NCBI GenBank assembly: GCA_964649235.1
Contig: CAZYOZ010000006.1
Span: 1-57,190 of the forward strand
Direction: 5' to 3'
From: an uncultured Candidatus Bathyarchaeia archaeon
Lineage (GTDB): Archaea > Thermoproteota > Bathyarchaeia > 40CM-2-53-6
Length of the DNA stretch: 57,190 nt
Part shown: positions 39,379 through 47,391 of the stretch, one piece after another
Position numbering within the stretch: the stretch's first letter is position 1
Layout of the letters: the number at the start of each line of letters is the position of its first letter
Position numbers and translations under genes: made by a program
The notes under the pieces: model-generated
Told to the model about the DNA's origin: nothing
Seen by the model: the letters and a program-made list of their open reading frames with translations, nothing else
Databases searched by the model: none

Positions 39379-39964
39379 TTACAAACGAGTTCTCCTTGAG
39401 GGCAGCGACGTATTCCTCAGGGGAAAGTACGACCGGGTACACAGAGATTCCATACTTGTAACCAATCTCTGAGTTGACGTAAGAAATGAGAGCTTTCCTT
39501 ATGGAGGCAACGCTCTTCGACGAGGCTACTATCGCAATATCTATGTCGCTCAGCTCCTTCACTATGTCGCTTCTTATTGCTCCTCTCGAAAGACTTCCGA
39601 ACAGAATTGCGGCCTGTATCTTGAACCTCTTGGTTACATACTTAACAATCTCAAGCGCTGCTCGCCTGTAGACGGCCTCCAAGTTCCTGAACAAGCTCTT
39701 AAGCGGTCTAAAGAGGAAGTGTTTGCGGTTGATGCGGTACATCTTTCCTTTGCCTACTCTCTCCAACAAAACAAGGCCCGAGTTTATCAAATCCGTCATC
39801 TGCCTATTCACCTCGGAAACCGAAGTTCCAGCTTCTTTTGCTAGCTCCACTTCCAAGAAAGACTTCTCAAGATTGCACACAAGCACTGCTAAGGAATTAA
39901 CCTTGGTCCGGCTTCCTAGCATTCTTTCCAAGTACATCGTATCACTTTCGGTTTTCCGAAACAT
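39320..39964 (-). CDS. Winged-helix + minimal nucleotidyltransferase (MNT) fusion protein
   Basis: N-terminal 'ELAKEAGTSVSEVNRQMTDLINSGLVL' wHTH, then the 'AAILFGSLSRGAIRSD...SDIDIAIV' GS...DxD NTase signature. Confidence 0.8.
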   Translation of the reverse strand: MFRKTESDTMYLERMLGSRTKVNSLAVLVCNLEKSFLEVELAKEAGTSVSEVNRQMTDLINSGLVLLERVGKGKMYRINRKHFLFRPLKSLFRNLEAVYRRAALEIVKYVTKRFKIQAAILFGSLSRGAIRSDIVKELSDIDIAIVASSKSVASIRKALISYVNSEIGYKYGISVYPVVLSPEEYVAALKENSFVSDIHAKGEVLYGEKPRRFG

Positions 39965-40104
39965 GTTTTGGTTTTCCGAAATAAAAACTTGAGATGCATC
40001 TCGCTCGATGGTTTTGAAGTTCCTAAAATATGGGACATACAGCTTACAATTGTCTCCCAGAAAAGGAGTCGGGAGATGGGCTGTTTAGAATCGGTACGGT
40101 AACA

Positions 40105-40132
40105 GGCGCCGGGGGTGGGACTTGAACCCACG
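40105..40132 (-). repeat. Short partial tRNA 3'-end copy
   Basis: The plus-strand 'ggcgccgggggtgggacttgaacccacg' is nearly identical to 47105..47132. Confidence 0.6.
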
Positions 40133-40274
40133 GGTGTGAGTTGAGTTCACTCCGCGAACTGGAGGGCGTCTTCTCGGGATTTGAAGAAGATTCTTCCACT
40201 TCTCACACACCGAAGACCTGTGGCTCAAGAATAAAGACTAAACTTGACAGTTTGCTTTCTATGGGTGTTCAGTC

Positions 40275-40985
40275 ATGTCCGAGGACAATGCGCTTCAAAT
40301 TCCAATACTTTCTCAGCTCCTGGGGCGCGACGTGCCGAGAAGCAGGTTCTTGGTGACACTCTTTGAAGCGTCGACGGATTGGCCAGCTTTGGCACTTACT
40401 ATCGCGGCGGGAGTACTAAAGCAGGGGCATGTCGTCAACTTTGTGGCTGTTTCTGCACCTCCAGCCGAGGTCAGGCGCGAACTTCAACGTGCACTACCGA
40501 ATCTAACAGAGCTGGAAGAAACCAAGAAATTCTGGTTATACGATTGGCACACATGGATGACCGGGAAGAAATCAGATGAACCATTCTCGGTAGATTCCCT
40601 TTCAGTTGCAAAGTTAAGCGCCGACGTGCCGATCTTCTGGAGAGACTACTCCCCAATTTTCGATTTCGCGATTGTCGACAACGTATCGACGATACTCAAG
40701 TACAACGATGAACGCCCCTTCATGCAATGGTTCGACAGACTCATCGCCAAGGTGAGACCCATGAAAGGGATCCGACTCTACGGTGTTGTCAAAGGATTCC
40801 ACAGCGAACCGCTCTACTCAAACATCGAAATGTTAGCTGACGGTGTCTTCGAGTTGACGTTGCGCGAGAGAAACGACGAACTGCAGAATGCCATTCGGAT
40901 TAAGAGCTTCAAGGGATTAGCTCACACAACAAAATGGCGAACCCTAAAGGTCAACTCAACCGGTCACGCAAGTCTCGTCGAATAA
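40275..40985 (+). CDS. KaiC/RecA-like fold protein with a degenerate Walker A loop (paralog 2 of 3)
   Basis: 'LLGRDVPRSRFLVTLFEASTDW' replaces the P-loop. Walker-B-like 'FAIVDNVS' and the C-terminus 'AIRIKSFKGLAHTTKWRTLKV' are present. Confidence 0.7.
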   Translation: MSEDNALQIPILSQLLGRDVPRSRFLVTLFEASTDWPALALTIAAGVLKQGHVVNFVAVSAPPAEVRRELQRALPNLTELEETKKFWLYDWHTWMTGKKSDEPFSVDSLSVAKLSADVPIFWRDYSPIFDFAIVDNVSTILKYNDERPFMQWFDRLIAKVRPMKGIRLYGVVKGFHSEPLYSNIEMLADGVFELTLRERNDELQNAIRIKSFKGLAHTTKWRTLKVNSTGHASLVE

Positions 40986-41118
40986 TCGTGCCAATCGTCC
41001 TTTCATGTGTGTGGTATGAATGGTGCGAGCGTCCAAGTTTGAACCGTCGTCGTTCGTTTGAAAAGTGTGTGTGCGCACCATTGATACATCACACACTGAG
41101 AACCAACGAGGCGAAGAA

Positions 41119-41934
41119 CTACTCCAACGTAACTTGGTTCTCAGTCATCTTCAGTAGATGCCATCGTGCGTCGAAACCAATATTGCGCATACTCCTGATC
41201 CTGATCAAGTTCTTCGGCTCCTCGCCCGATTCGTCAAGCTTCATGTCAATAATCGCGTCGTTAGCATCTTCTAGCTGCTTGTAGACCCAATCGCTGTGGA
41301 TGCCCCTAATCATGCCCCCGATGAGCGATGATTTCGTTAACCTCGCCACGGGCAGACCTCGAGTAAGCAGGAATTCGACCCAACTCTTCTCCTCATTGAA
41401 CCGGCTCATGGGAGATGCACTGTCCACGATTCTCAGTACCTCCGGTATTGGTGGACCTGTAAGCTGAGTCTTTACGAAATCGATGCTTACTTCAGCCGCC
41501 TTCAAGCTACTGTACCCAAACCTTTCCGTTGATTTCAGACCTAACGTTGCCGTATAGTAGTCATGGATGCGTAGCCTGTCAGCCTTTTCAAGTTCCTCGC
41601 AATCCAGTCCGAGCTTTTTGAGTTGCAGGCGAATCGTCTCCGGTGGCTGGGCGATTGCAGTAATGCTGACTCTTTCGCCGCCTGACTTCAGCCATCCGGC
41701 TGCAATTGTATGAGAAGCCGCGTACCAGTGAGACCCTGGGTCATATTCCACCAGGATGTTTGTCCCAGCGGGAATCGGTTCTTTGGTCAAATCCTCAATT
41801 ATCGAAATGCGTGGCAAGAAGCTGCACACAACATGATGCGGCTCGGTCGCAGTTGTGTCTTTTGGTGATTCGCTGAATTTCTCGGTGTGTGTGCGCACCA
41901 CTATGCCCACAAACATCCACCCAAACCACATCAC
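41119..41934 (-). CDS. KaiC/RecA-like fold protein with a degenerate Walker A loop (paralog 3 of 3)
   Basis: 'PIPAGTNILVEYDPGSHW', 'LRIVDSAS' and 'LIRIRSMRNIGFDARWHLLKM'. The N-terminal start is uncertain. Confidence 0.7.
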   Translation of the reverse strand: MMWFGWMFVGIVVRTHTEKFSESPKDTTATEPHHVVCSFLPRISIIEDLTKEPIPAGTNILVEYDPGSHWYAASHTIAAGWLKSGGERVSITAIAQPPETIRLQLKKLGLDCEELEKADRLRIHDYYTATLGLKSTERFGYSSLKAAEVSIDFVKTQLTGPPIPEVLRIVDSASPMSRFNEEKSWVEFLLTRGLPVARLTKSSLIGGMIRGIHSDWVYKQLEDANDAIIDMKLDESGEEPKNLIRIRSMRNIGFDARWHLLKMTENQVTLE

Positions 41935-41993
41935 AGTTTGGGGTTTGGGAGGGTTTTGTTACCCTAAAATACGAGGCGTCGTCCAACCGAGGC

Positions 41994-42401
41994 ATGACAT
42001 CGATGCCAAACGCTGAACACCCGAATGCGAAGGTCGTTCGACGGCTCTATGATGCGTTCGCCCGGGGTGATTTGGAGACAGCCAAGAGCTGCTTCGTCCG
42101 CGACGCGGTTTGGCACTTGCCGGGACGGAGTCGCATCGCTGGCGACCATCAGGGTGTGGATGCGATCATCCGCTTTTTTGGGAAGCTGAAGGAGCTTAGC
42201 GGAGGCACATTCAAGGCGGAGCTCACCGATGTGGTTGCAAATGATCGACACGCGGTAGCACTGCAGCATGCCACAGGGACACGCGGTACGAAACGTCTTG
42301 ATCTCACGGCCTGTCAAGTGATGCGCATTAAAGATGGCAAGATTCTTGAGGTACGAGGTTACTACTCCGACCCGTACGCTCTGGACGACTTCTGGTCGTA
42401 G
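41994..42401 (+). CDS. SnoaL-like / NTF2-fold protein
   Basis: 'VVRRLYDAFARGDLETAKSCFVRDAVWHLPG' is the typical SnoaL_2 N-terminus. ATG at 41994. Confidence 0.75.
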   Translation: MTSMPNAEHPNAKVVRRLYDAFARGDLETAKSCFVRDAVWHLPGRSRIAGDHQGVDAIIRFFGKLKELSGGTFKAELTDVVANDRHAVALQHATGTRGTKRLDLTACQVMRIKDGKILEVRGYYSDPYALDDFWS

Positions 42402-42415
42402 GCGCTGATGTCCAA

Positions 42416-43309
42416 ATGCGTAGGGACATAACCTTTGCCAGCAAGGGATTGCGTTGTAGTGGCCTGCTGTACGTGCCGGATGACCTGAAATCGGGTCAGA
42501 AGGCACCAGCCATTGTAATGGCCAACGGTCTCACTGGCGTCAAGGAAGCTGTCTTGCCAGATTATGCTGAGCGCTTTGCTGCAGCTGGCTTTGTAACGTT
42601 GGCCTTTGATTTTCGTTTCTTCGGGGATAGTGAAGGCGAACCCCGCAGTCAAGTGTTTCCTCTCGAGATGACAGAGGACTGCCGCAATGCCATTACCTGG
42701 GTTTCCCAGCAGCCAGAGGTGGACCCTGGGCGGATTGGTGTATGGGGAACTTCGTATGGCGGAGTGTTGGTTATATGGGTAGGAACCTTCGACAAGCGAG
42801 TCAAAGCCGTGGTTGCCCAAGTTCCAGCAATCCTCCCCCCGTCCATGCGACGAGCTAGCAACCCTGAAGGATGGGACCGTTTGGGTGAGCTACTGTTGCG
42901 CGACCGCATTGAACGCTACAAGACCGGAGTGGTCAACTACATGAAACTCGTGGCACCAGAAGGGGAGCCATGTTGCCTGCCAGGAAAAGAAGCATACGAT
43001 GGCGTTATGACTATAGTGAAAGCTCCGAACTGGCGTAACCAGATAACCCTTGAGTCCTTGGAGAAGATGCGTGAGTTTGATGCCGTCAGTTCGATCGAGT
43101 TGATGTCACCAACGGCGCTGCTGCTAATCCCTGCTGAAAAGGAAGGTTTGATTCGCTCTTACATGGATATAGTCAGGGCAACCTACGAGAAGGCCCGGCC
43201 GCCTAAAGACATGATCGTCCTGCCAATCCGCCACTTTGAGATCTACCGTGAGCCTTGGCTGTCGAAGTCTGCGGATGCAGCGATCAATTGGTTCAAGCAG
43301 TATCTCTGA
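42416..43309 (+). CDS. Alpha/beta hydrolase (dienelactone hydrolase / acetyl-esterase-like)
   Basis: 'IGVWGTSYGG' nucleophile elbow within an alpha/beta pattern. Confidence 0.8.
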   Translation: MRRDITFASKGLRCSGLLYVPDDLKSGQKAPAIVMANGLTGVKEAVLPDYAERFAAAGFVTLAFDFRFFGDSEGEPRSQVFPLEMTEDCRNAITWVSQQPEVDPGRIGVWGTSYGGVLVIWVGTFDKRVKAVVAQVPAILPPSMRRASNPEGWDRLGELLLRDRIERYKTGVVNYMKLVAPEGEPCCLPGKEAYDGVMTIVKAPNWRNQITLESLEKMREFDAVSSIELMSPTALLLIPAEKEGLIRSYMDIVRATYEKARPPKDMIVLPIRHFEIYREPWLSKSADAAINWFKQYL

Positions 43310-43440
43310 GAATCATGTAGCGGACGAGCGCTTCTTTGCTACCGCTTTCAGGGTGCTGATGGCGCTTGGATTGTGCTGGCTCTGTAGCCTTGCTTGCGCA
43401 TCCAGAAGCCGAAGGCTAGGATCTCCGATAGGTTCTGTGT

Positions 43441-43550
43441 TGGCGCCGGGGGGGATTTTCACCCACGTGGGTTTGTCGGAAACCCCCCACGGTTGGATTT
43501 GAACCCCCGTGGTTTTCCCCGCTTGACTCGATGAACCCCGGAAATTCGTT
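43441..43550 (-). repeat. tRNA-derived structured repeat (copy D)
   Basis: Acceptor-like end 'tggcgccggggggg', a hairpin insert (CGTGGG/CCCACG), a TTCAAATCC T-loop motif, and a ~45-nt block shared with copy E. Confidence 0.6.
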
Positions 43551-43758
43551 GGAGGAAGAGTGTTTCTCGTCGGACATATGAGGTTTCGTTCACGCATATT
43601 GCCTGTCTTGCACTAAACTCTTAGGTCGGCGGGTCGAGTTCAATTTGCTCCGCTCGCGTACTTCGAAGAATGCAAGGTGTGTCACAGCACGGAAGAACGG
43701 TCCAGTGAAAATAGAGGGTACAAGTCCAACCTCGCGCGAAAATTATAGGCGGACTTTC

Positions 43759-44064
43759 TTAGTATCCGTACTTCTTTGCTTCTTCACCGAGGGCAGCTAC
43801 AACTTTGGGGAACTCATCTAGACCGAGGGCCGGTGATATTTTCACGTCTGTCTTGAACAGATAGAAGAACGGCGCCACCTTTCTGGTGAGTTCGTCGTTT
43901 GAGTTTGCTTCCACTACGAAGAAACCGTACCTGAAGGTGAACCAAGCAGCGAGAGGCTTCATTCGCTCTATGGCCTCTCCCATCTTCTTCTGCAAATCCG
44001 GACTTTTCTCGAAACTATTCTTCGCATCCACGGGGGGATTGAACTCAATCATGTATTTCGCCAT
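43759..44064 (-). CDS. Small DUF3303-like protein
   Basis: 101 aa with a 'MAKYMIEF...' alpha/beta pattern. The family assignment is from memory and tentative. Confidence 0.6.
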   Translation of the reverse strand: MAKYMIEFNPPVDAKNSFEKSPDLQKKMGEAIERMKPLAAWFTFRYGFFVVEANSNDELTRKVAPFFYLFKTDVKISPALGLDEFPKVVAALGEEAKKYGY

Positions 44065-44278
44065 AATTATTCCACCTCCTGACCTGCACCGACAAGGCGA
44101 GTTGAGACGCGCCTCTCCGGCATGCTAGTTAAGGTTATGTCTTGTCGCAAATTCGCTCTTCATCAATCAAATTTCGGTCTATTTGATGTCCAATAAAATG
44201 ACCAGGGGGAGGGACAGATTCTGGCCGCGCAATCAGACACACCCTTCTCCAATGGAACAGAGCGTACAAGTTTTGTAA

Positions 44279-44392
44279 GGCGCCGGGGGTGGGATTTTCC
44301 TCCGCCCTCTAGGGTTCCGTAGTTTTCCCCTAGAGCGGGATTTGAACCCCCGTGGTTTTCCTCGCTTGACTGGATGAACCCCGGAAGTTTGT
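44279..44392 (-). repeat. tRNA-derived structured repeat (copy E)
   Basis: Same architecture as copy D, with the hairpin stem CTCTAGGG/CCCTAGAG. Confidence 0.6.
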
Positions 44393-44571
44393 CTGGGTCC
44401 GAGGTTTTCTCGCTAGACAACTAAACTCACGCTGCACTCATCGCATACCTTACACTTAGTGTTTAGGTCAACCTTAGCCAATGTTGAGAAATTCTGGTGC
44501 GCGTCAGCTGGCCGACGGCTATTTATTTCGTCAAGCCACACTGCTTCCTGAGTCTCTCTCTTAGCTGAAGT

Positions 44572-46026
44572 TCAGGGCAGCTTCATCTTATTCAGAAGTT
44601 CGAGGAACCTGGGGTCTTCCCGTGCTGCGTTTGATGTGGGCCATTTGTTCGACATGGGCAAGAAAGGGTCTCGAGCTTCGTAGGCCTTCTGCATCCATTG
44701 GTAGCCGCTATCTTTCTCTCCGAGCATGTAATAGATTACGCCGATCTCTGCTGGCGAGGCGTATCCGTTGAACTTCTTCGATAGCAAGCCATTCAATATC
44801 TCCCTGGCATTCTCCTTCAATCCGACGAACGCATAGACCTTAGCTTGGAACTCGCGGAAGAGCGCCTCATCGGAGATGCTTATCATCTTATCAGTTTCCT
44901 TGATAGCATCTTCCACTTTGGACTCCGTTGCGTTGAGAAGTGCAAGAATCGAATGTGCCCTTGCGAAGTTCGGATTAATCTTCAGCATTTCCATGCAAAG
45001 TTCTCGAGCTCTGTCGTTCTTTCCCGCCATCCAGTTCACAAGGCCGCAAATGGTTCCCGTAAAGGGCGACACTGGATCCAGCTCGTACGCCCGGGTTGCT
45101 TCTGAAAGCGCCTCGCCGAAGCGCCCCATCATCGCTAGAAACCAGGCGTACCAGACGTGGGCTTCAGCTAGACTCGGATTGAGCGATACGGCTTCCATAA
45201 AACTCGTTTCGGTTGTCGCCCAATCCCAGTCATATTGGTTGGCTATTAACGCCCGCACCTTGTGAGCTTCCGCAAGTCTGTCGTCGAGCGAGAGTGCCCG
45301 TGCCAAGAACTTCTTCGCTTTGGGAAAGGCCTCGAGAGGAGACATGGACTCACCCGCCAAAGCTGCATAGCAGTAGGCCACCTTTGCGTACGCAAGCGCG
45401 AACCCTGAATCCTGCTCGCACGCTAGCTCAAAGTATTGAATTGCCCTTTCGATATCGCGGGGCGAGCCTCTGTTGAAGTGATAGACTCCCTTGAGGTACA
45501 GGTTGTGTGCCTCGACGCTTTCTGTGATAGCTTTTCCTATGCCTTTCCTTTCGCCAGCGAGGAGTTCCAGCTTGAGCGCATCTGCGACTCTGCTGGCTAT
45601 GTCGCTCTGGATCGCGAATACGTCATGCAGCTCTCTGTCGTAGCTTTCGGCCCAGAGGTGCTTGTCGTGCTTTGCATCGATCATTTGCACTGTAATGCGA
45701 ACTCTGTTTCCTGCCTTGCGGACGCTTCCCTCGAGTATCGTTCCAGCGTTCAATTCACGTCCGACCTCGACAAGGGGCTTGGACTTGGTTTTGTATTGCA
45801 TAACGGAGGTGCTCGATATCACGCTTAACTCGTGAAGTTTCGATATTGTCGAGATAAACTCCTCAGTCAGACCATCGGCGAAGTACTCGTCCTTCGGGTC
45901 AGGACTGATGTTCTTCAAGGGCAACACAGCCACCCTGCGTTGATCGAGCGTCAACTGCTTTGAAGAAAACGCTGGCGGAACGAAACTCTTCGACCGAGCA
46001 AGGTCGGCTGGTTGCAAAGGCCCCAC
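44572..46026 (-). CDS. TolB-N-terminal-like domain + TPR-repeat protein
   Basis: 'RVAVLPLKNISPDPKDEYFADGLTEEFISTISK...LEGSVRKAGNRVRITVQMIDA...LWAESYDREL' followed by multiple 34-aa TPR-like repeats. Confidence 0.8.
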   Translation of the reverse strand: MGPLQPADLARSKSFVPPAFSSKQLTLDQRRVAVLPLKNISPDPKDEYFADGLTEEFISTISKLHELSVISSTSVMQYKTKSKPLVEVGRELNAGTILEGSVRKAGNRVRITVQMIDAKHDKHLWAESYDRELHDVFAIQSDIASRVADALKLELLAGERKGIGKAITESVEAHNLYLKGVYHFNRGSPRDIERAIQYFELACEQDSGFALAYAKVAYCYAALAGESMSPLEAFPKAKKFLARALSLDDRLAEAHKVRALIANQYDWDWATTETSFMEAVSLNPSLAEAHVWYAWFLAMMGRFGEALSEATRAYELDPVSPFTGTICGLVNWMAGKNDRARELCMEMLKINPNFARAHSILALLNATESKVEDAIKETDKMISISDEALFREFQAKVYAFVGLKENAREILNGLLSKKFNGYASPAEIGVIYYMLGEKDSGYQWMQKAYEARDPFLPMSNKWPTSNAAREDPRFLELLNKMKLP

Positions 46027-46192
46027 TGCTACCTGACAACGTATTCTGTCGAAATACCCGAACCGGTTGATATAGAGGCTTTCCTCAAGTCCGGCATAAG
46101 AGATTCGATGATTCGGTGGTCACTAGACTGAACTGCCGACTCGTGGCAAGCCTCGCTCATTGTCGCATGAGGAACATGAAGCTCAAGGGGTT

Positions 46193-46245
46193 GGCGCCCG
46201 GGGTGGGATTTGAACCCACGAGACCCAAAGCATCAGGAGCTACCG
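46193..46245 (-). repeat. Partial tRNA 3'-end copy (acceptor variant CCCGGGC)
   Basis: The plus-strand 'tggcgcccggggtgggatttgaacccacgagacccaaagc' is collinear with 47104..47143 with substitutions. No matching 5' strand was found. Confidence 0.55.
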
Positions 46246-46334
46246 CAGCTTTCAAACGTGGACAAACAGGGAGCCTGGTACGTTTATATCGTAGACTCGT
46301 ATCCCCTTCGTACGTATCCCAGCCGGGACGCGCT

Positions 46335-46586
46335 ATGGGACGAATTGTGGTCATCGAGGGCGACAGAGTCACTTTGCCGCGAGAGTTCCGAAAGGAGGCG
46401 AAGATCCGAAGAGGGGACGTCCTAGAGTATAGGGTGGAGGGTGGCTCTTTGGTTCTTTCTAGGCGAGAGAAGGTACAAGATCCGACGAAACGAATCTTTG
46501 GAATCGCCAGCGACGTCTCTGGTGACTTGGTGGGCGACGAGCTCTTCCTCAGCGAGGCAATGAGAAAGTTGAGTAGGTCAAAGTGA
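46335..46586 (+). CDS. vapB: AbrB/SpoVT-fold antitoxin (VapB-like)
   Basis: 'MGRIVVIEGDRVTLPREFRKEAKIRRGDVLEY'. The upstream part of the track ORF reads through the tRNA-like repeat and is rejected. Confidence 0.8.
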   Translation: MGRIVVIEGDRVTLPREFRKEAKIRRGDVLEYRVEGGSLVLSRREKVQDPTKRIFGIASDVSGDLVGDELFLSEAMRKLSRSK

Positions 46587-47047
46587 ATTTTCTCGATTCA
46601 ACGATTTTCATCAACTGGTTCAAGGCCGCGAAACGCGATCTCTCCAAGCTAGAGGTTGCGGCGTCGGGGTTCATCCTTCGCAGAATTGAAGACGGTGAGT
46701 CAACGTTAACGTCGACAATCGTGAAGGATGAGGCGTCGCTTTGGCTTGCCAGATACAAGCGATCGGTGCTTCCAAATTTCCTGGACAGCATCCAGTCGTA
46801 CACAAGCCTGAAGATCGAACCTCCCATCATGGAGGATCAGCTGGAAGCTGAGCATCACTTGGGCTTGTATCGGCTGGGTTACCTCGACTGCATCAATCTA
46901 GCCATGATGCAGAGAAACAGGATCAACACGATATACAGCTCAGATACAGGATTCGATGCTGTACCAGGAGTTCGTCGAGTACTACAAGAGCTTAGCAAAG
47001 ACAGACAGTTCCCGAGCTTCCAGAAATGGGCACGCGAAAGCTTGTGA
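46583..47047 (+). CDS. vapC: PIN-domain toxin (VapC-like)
   Basis: The GTG start overlaps the antitoxin stop (GTGA). Motifs 'FLDSTIFI', 'YLDCINLAMM' and 'SSDTGFD' are present. Confidence 0.85.
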   Translation: MNFLDSTIFINWFKAAKRDLSKLEVAASGFILRRIEDGESTLTSTIVKDEASLWLARYKRSVLPNFLDSIQSYTSLKIEPPIMEDQLEAEHHLGLYRLGYLDCINLAMMQRNRINTIYSSDTGFDAVPGVRRVLQELSKDRQFPSFQKWARESL

Positions 47048-47103
47048 GAAGCAACCCTTGCGAAACCTTGCGGAAACCCGATCTGAACACTCGGCGCGGT
47101 AAC

Positions 47104-47245
47104 TGGCGCCGGGGGTGGGATTTGAACCCACGAGGCCCCAAGGGCCAACAGCTATCCTGACCCAGTGCTAACCGCAGATCTCGAGGTTCAACGTCCCCTT
47201 TACGCTAAAGGGCTCTGTCGCCTTACCTAGCTAGGCTACCCCGGC
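47104..47245 (-). tRNA. Intron-containing class-II tRNA, candidate tRNA-Ser(CGA), with encoded CCA
   Basis: Minus-strand features: acceptor GCCGGGG/CCCCGGC, discriminator G and CCA. D arm GCC..TAGCTAGGTAA..GGC, T arm GTGGG-TTCAAAT-CCCAC, and long variable arm GGCCC-TTG-GGGCC. The candidate anticodon arm is ACAGA/CTCGAGA/TCTGC, interrupted and followed by ~28-nt and ~26-nt inserts. Confidence 0.6.
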
Positions 47246-47391
47246 TTCGAGAATAGCTCGTGGTTAAAGCACGTATTAAGCGTAGACCGGGAAGACGCTC
47301 ATGTCTCGGAATTGGGTTTACCTCCACGCAATGACTCATACGCTAGGAAGCAGCATCTGCTGGTGAAACGTGTTGCTTGGGTTGACTTGCC

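Noticed and set aside
37922-47245. Possibility that the recurring repeat is a CRISPR array
   Set aside because: The spacing between copies is 0.7-3.3 kb and contains full-length protein genes. The repeats are tRNA-derived and of unequal length, and there are no cas genes.
37922-47245. Calling the region a defined integrated plasmid, provirus or other mobile element
   Set aside because: I found no ORF with tyrosine- or serine-recombinase hallmarks, and no capsid, replication or transposase-like genes. I therefore describe only the repeat and cassette architecture.
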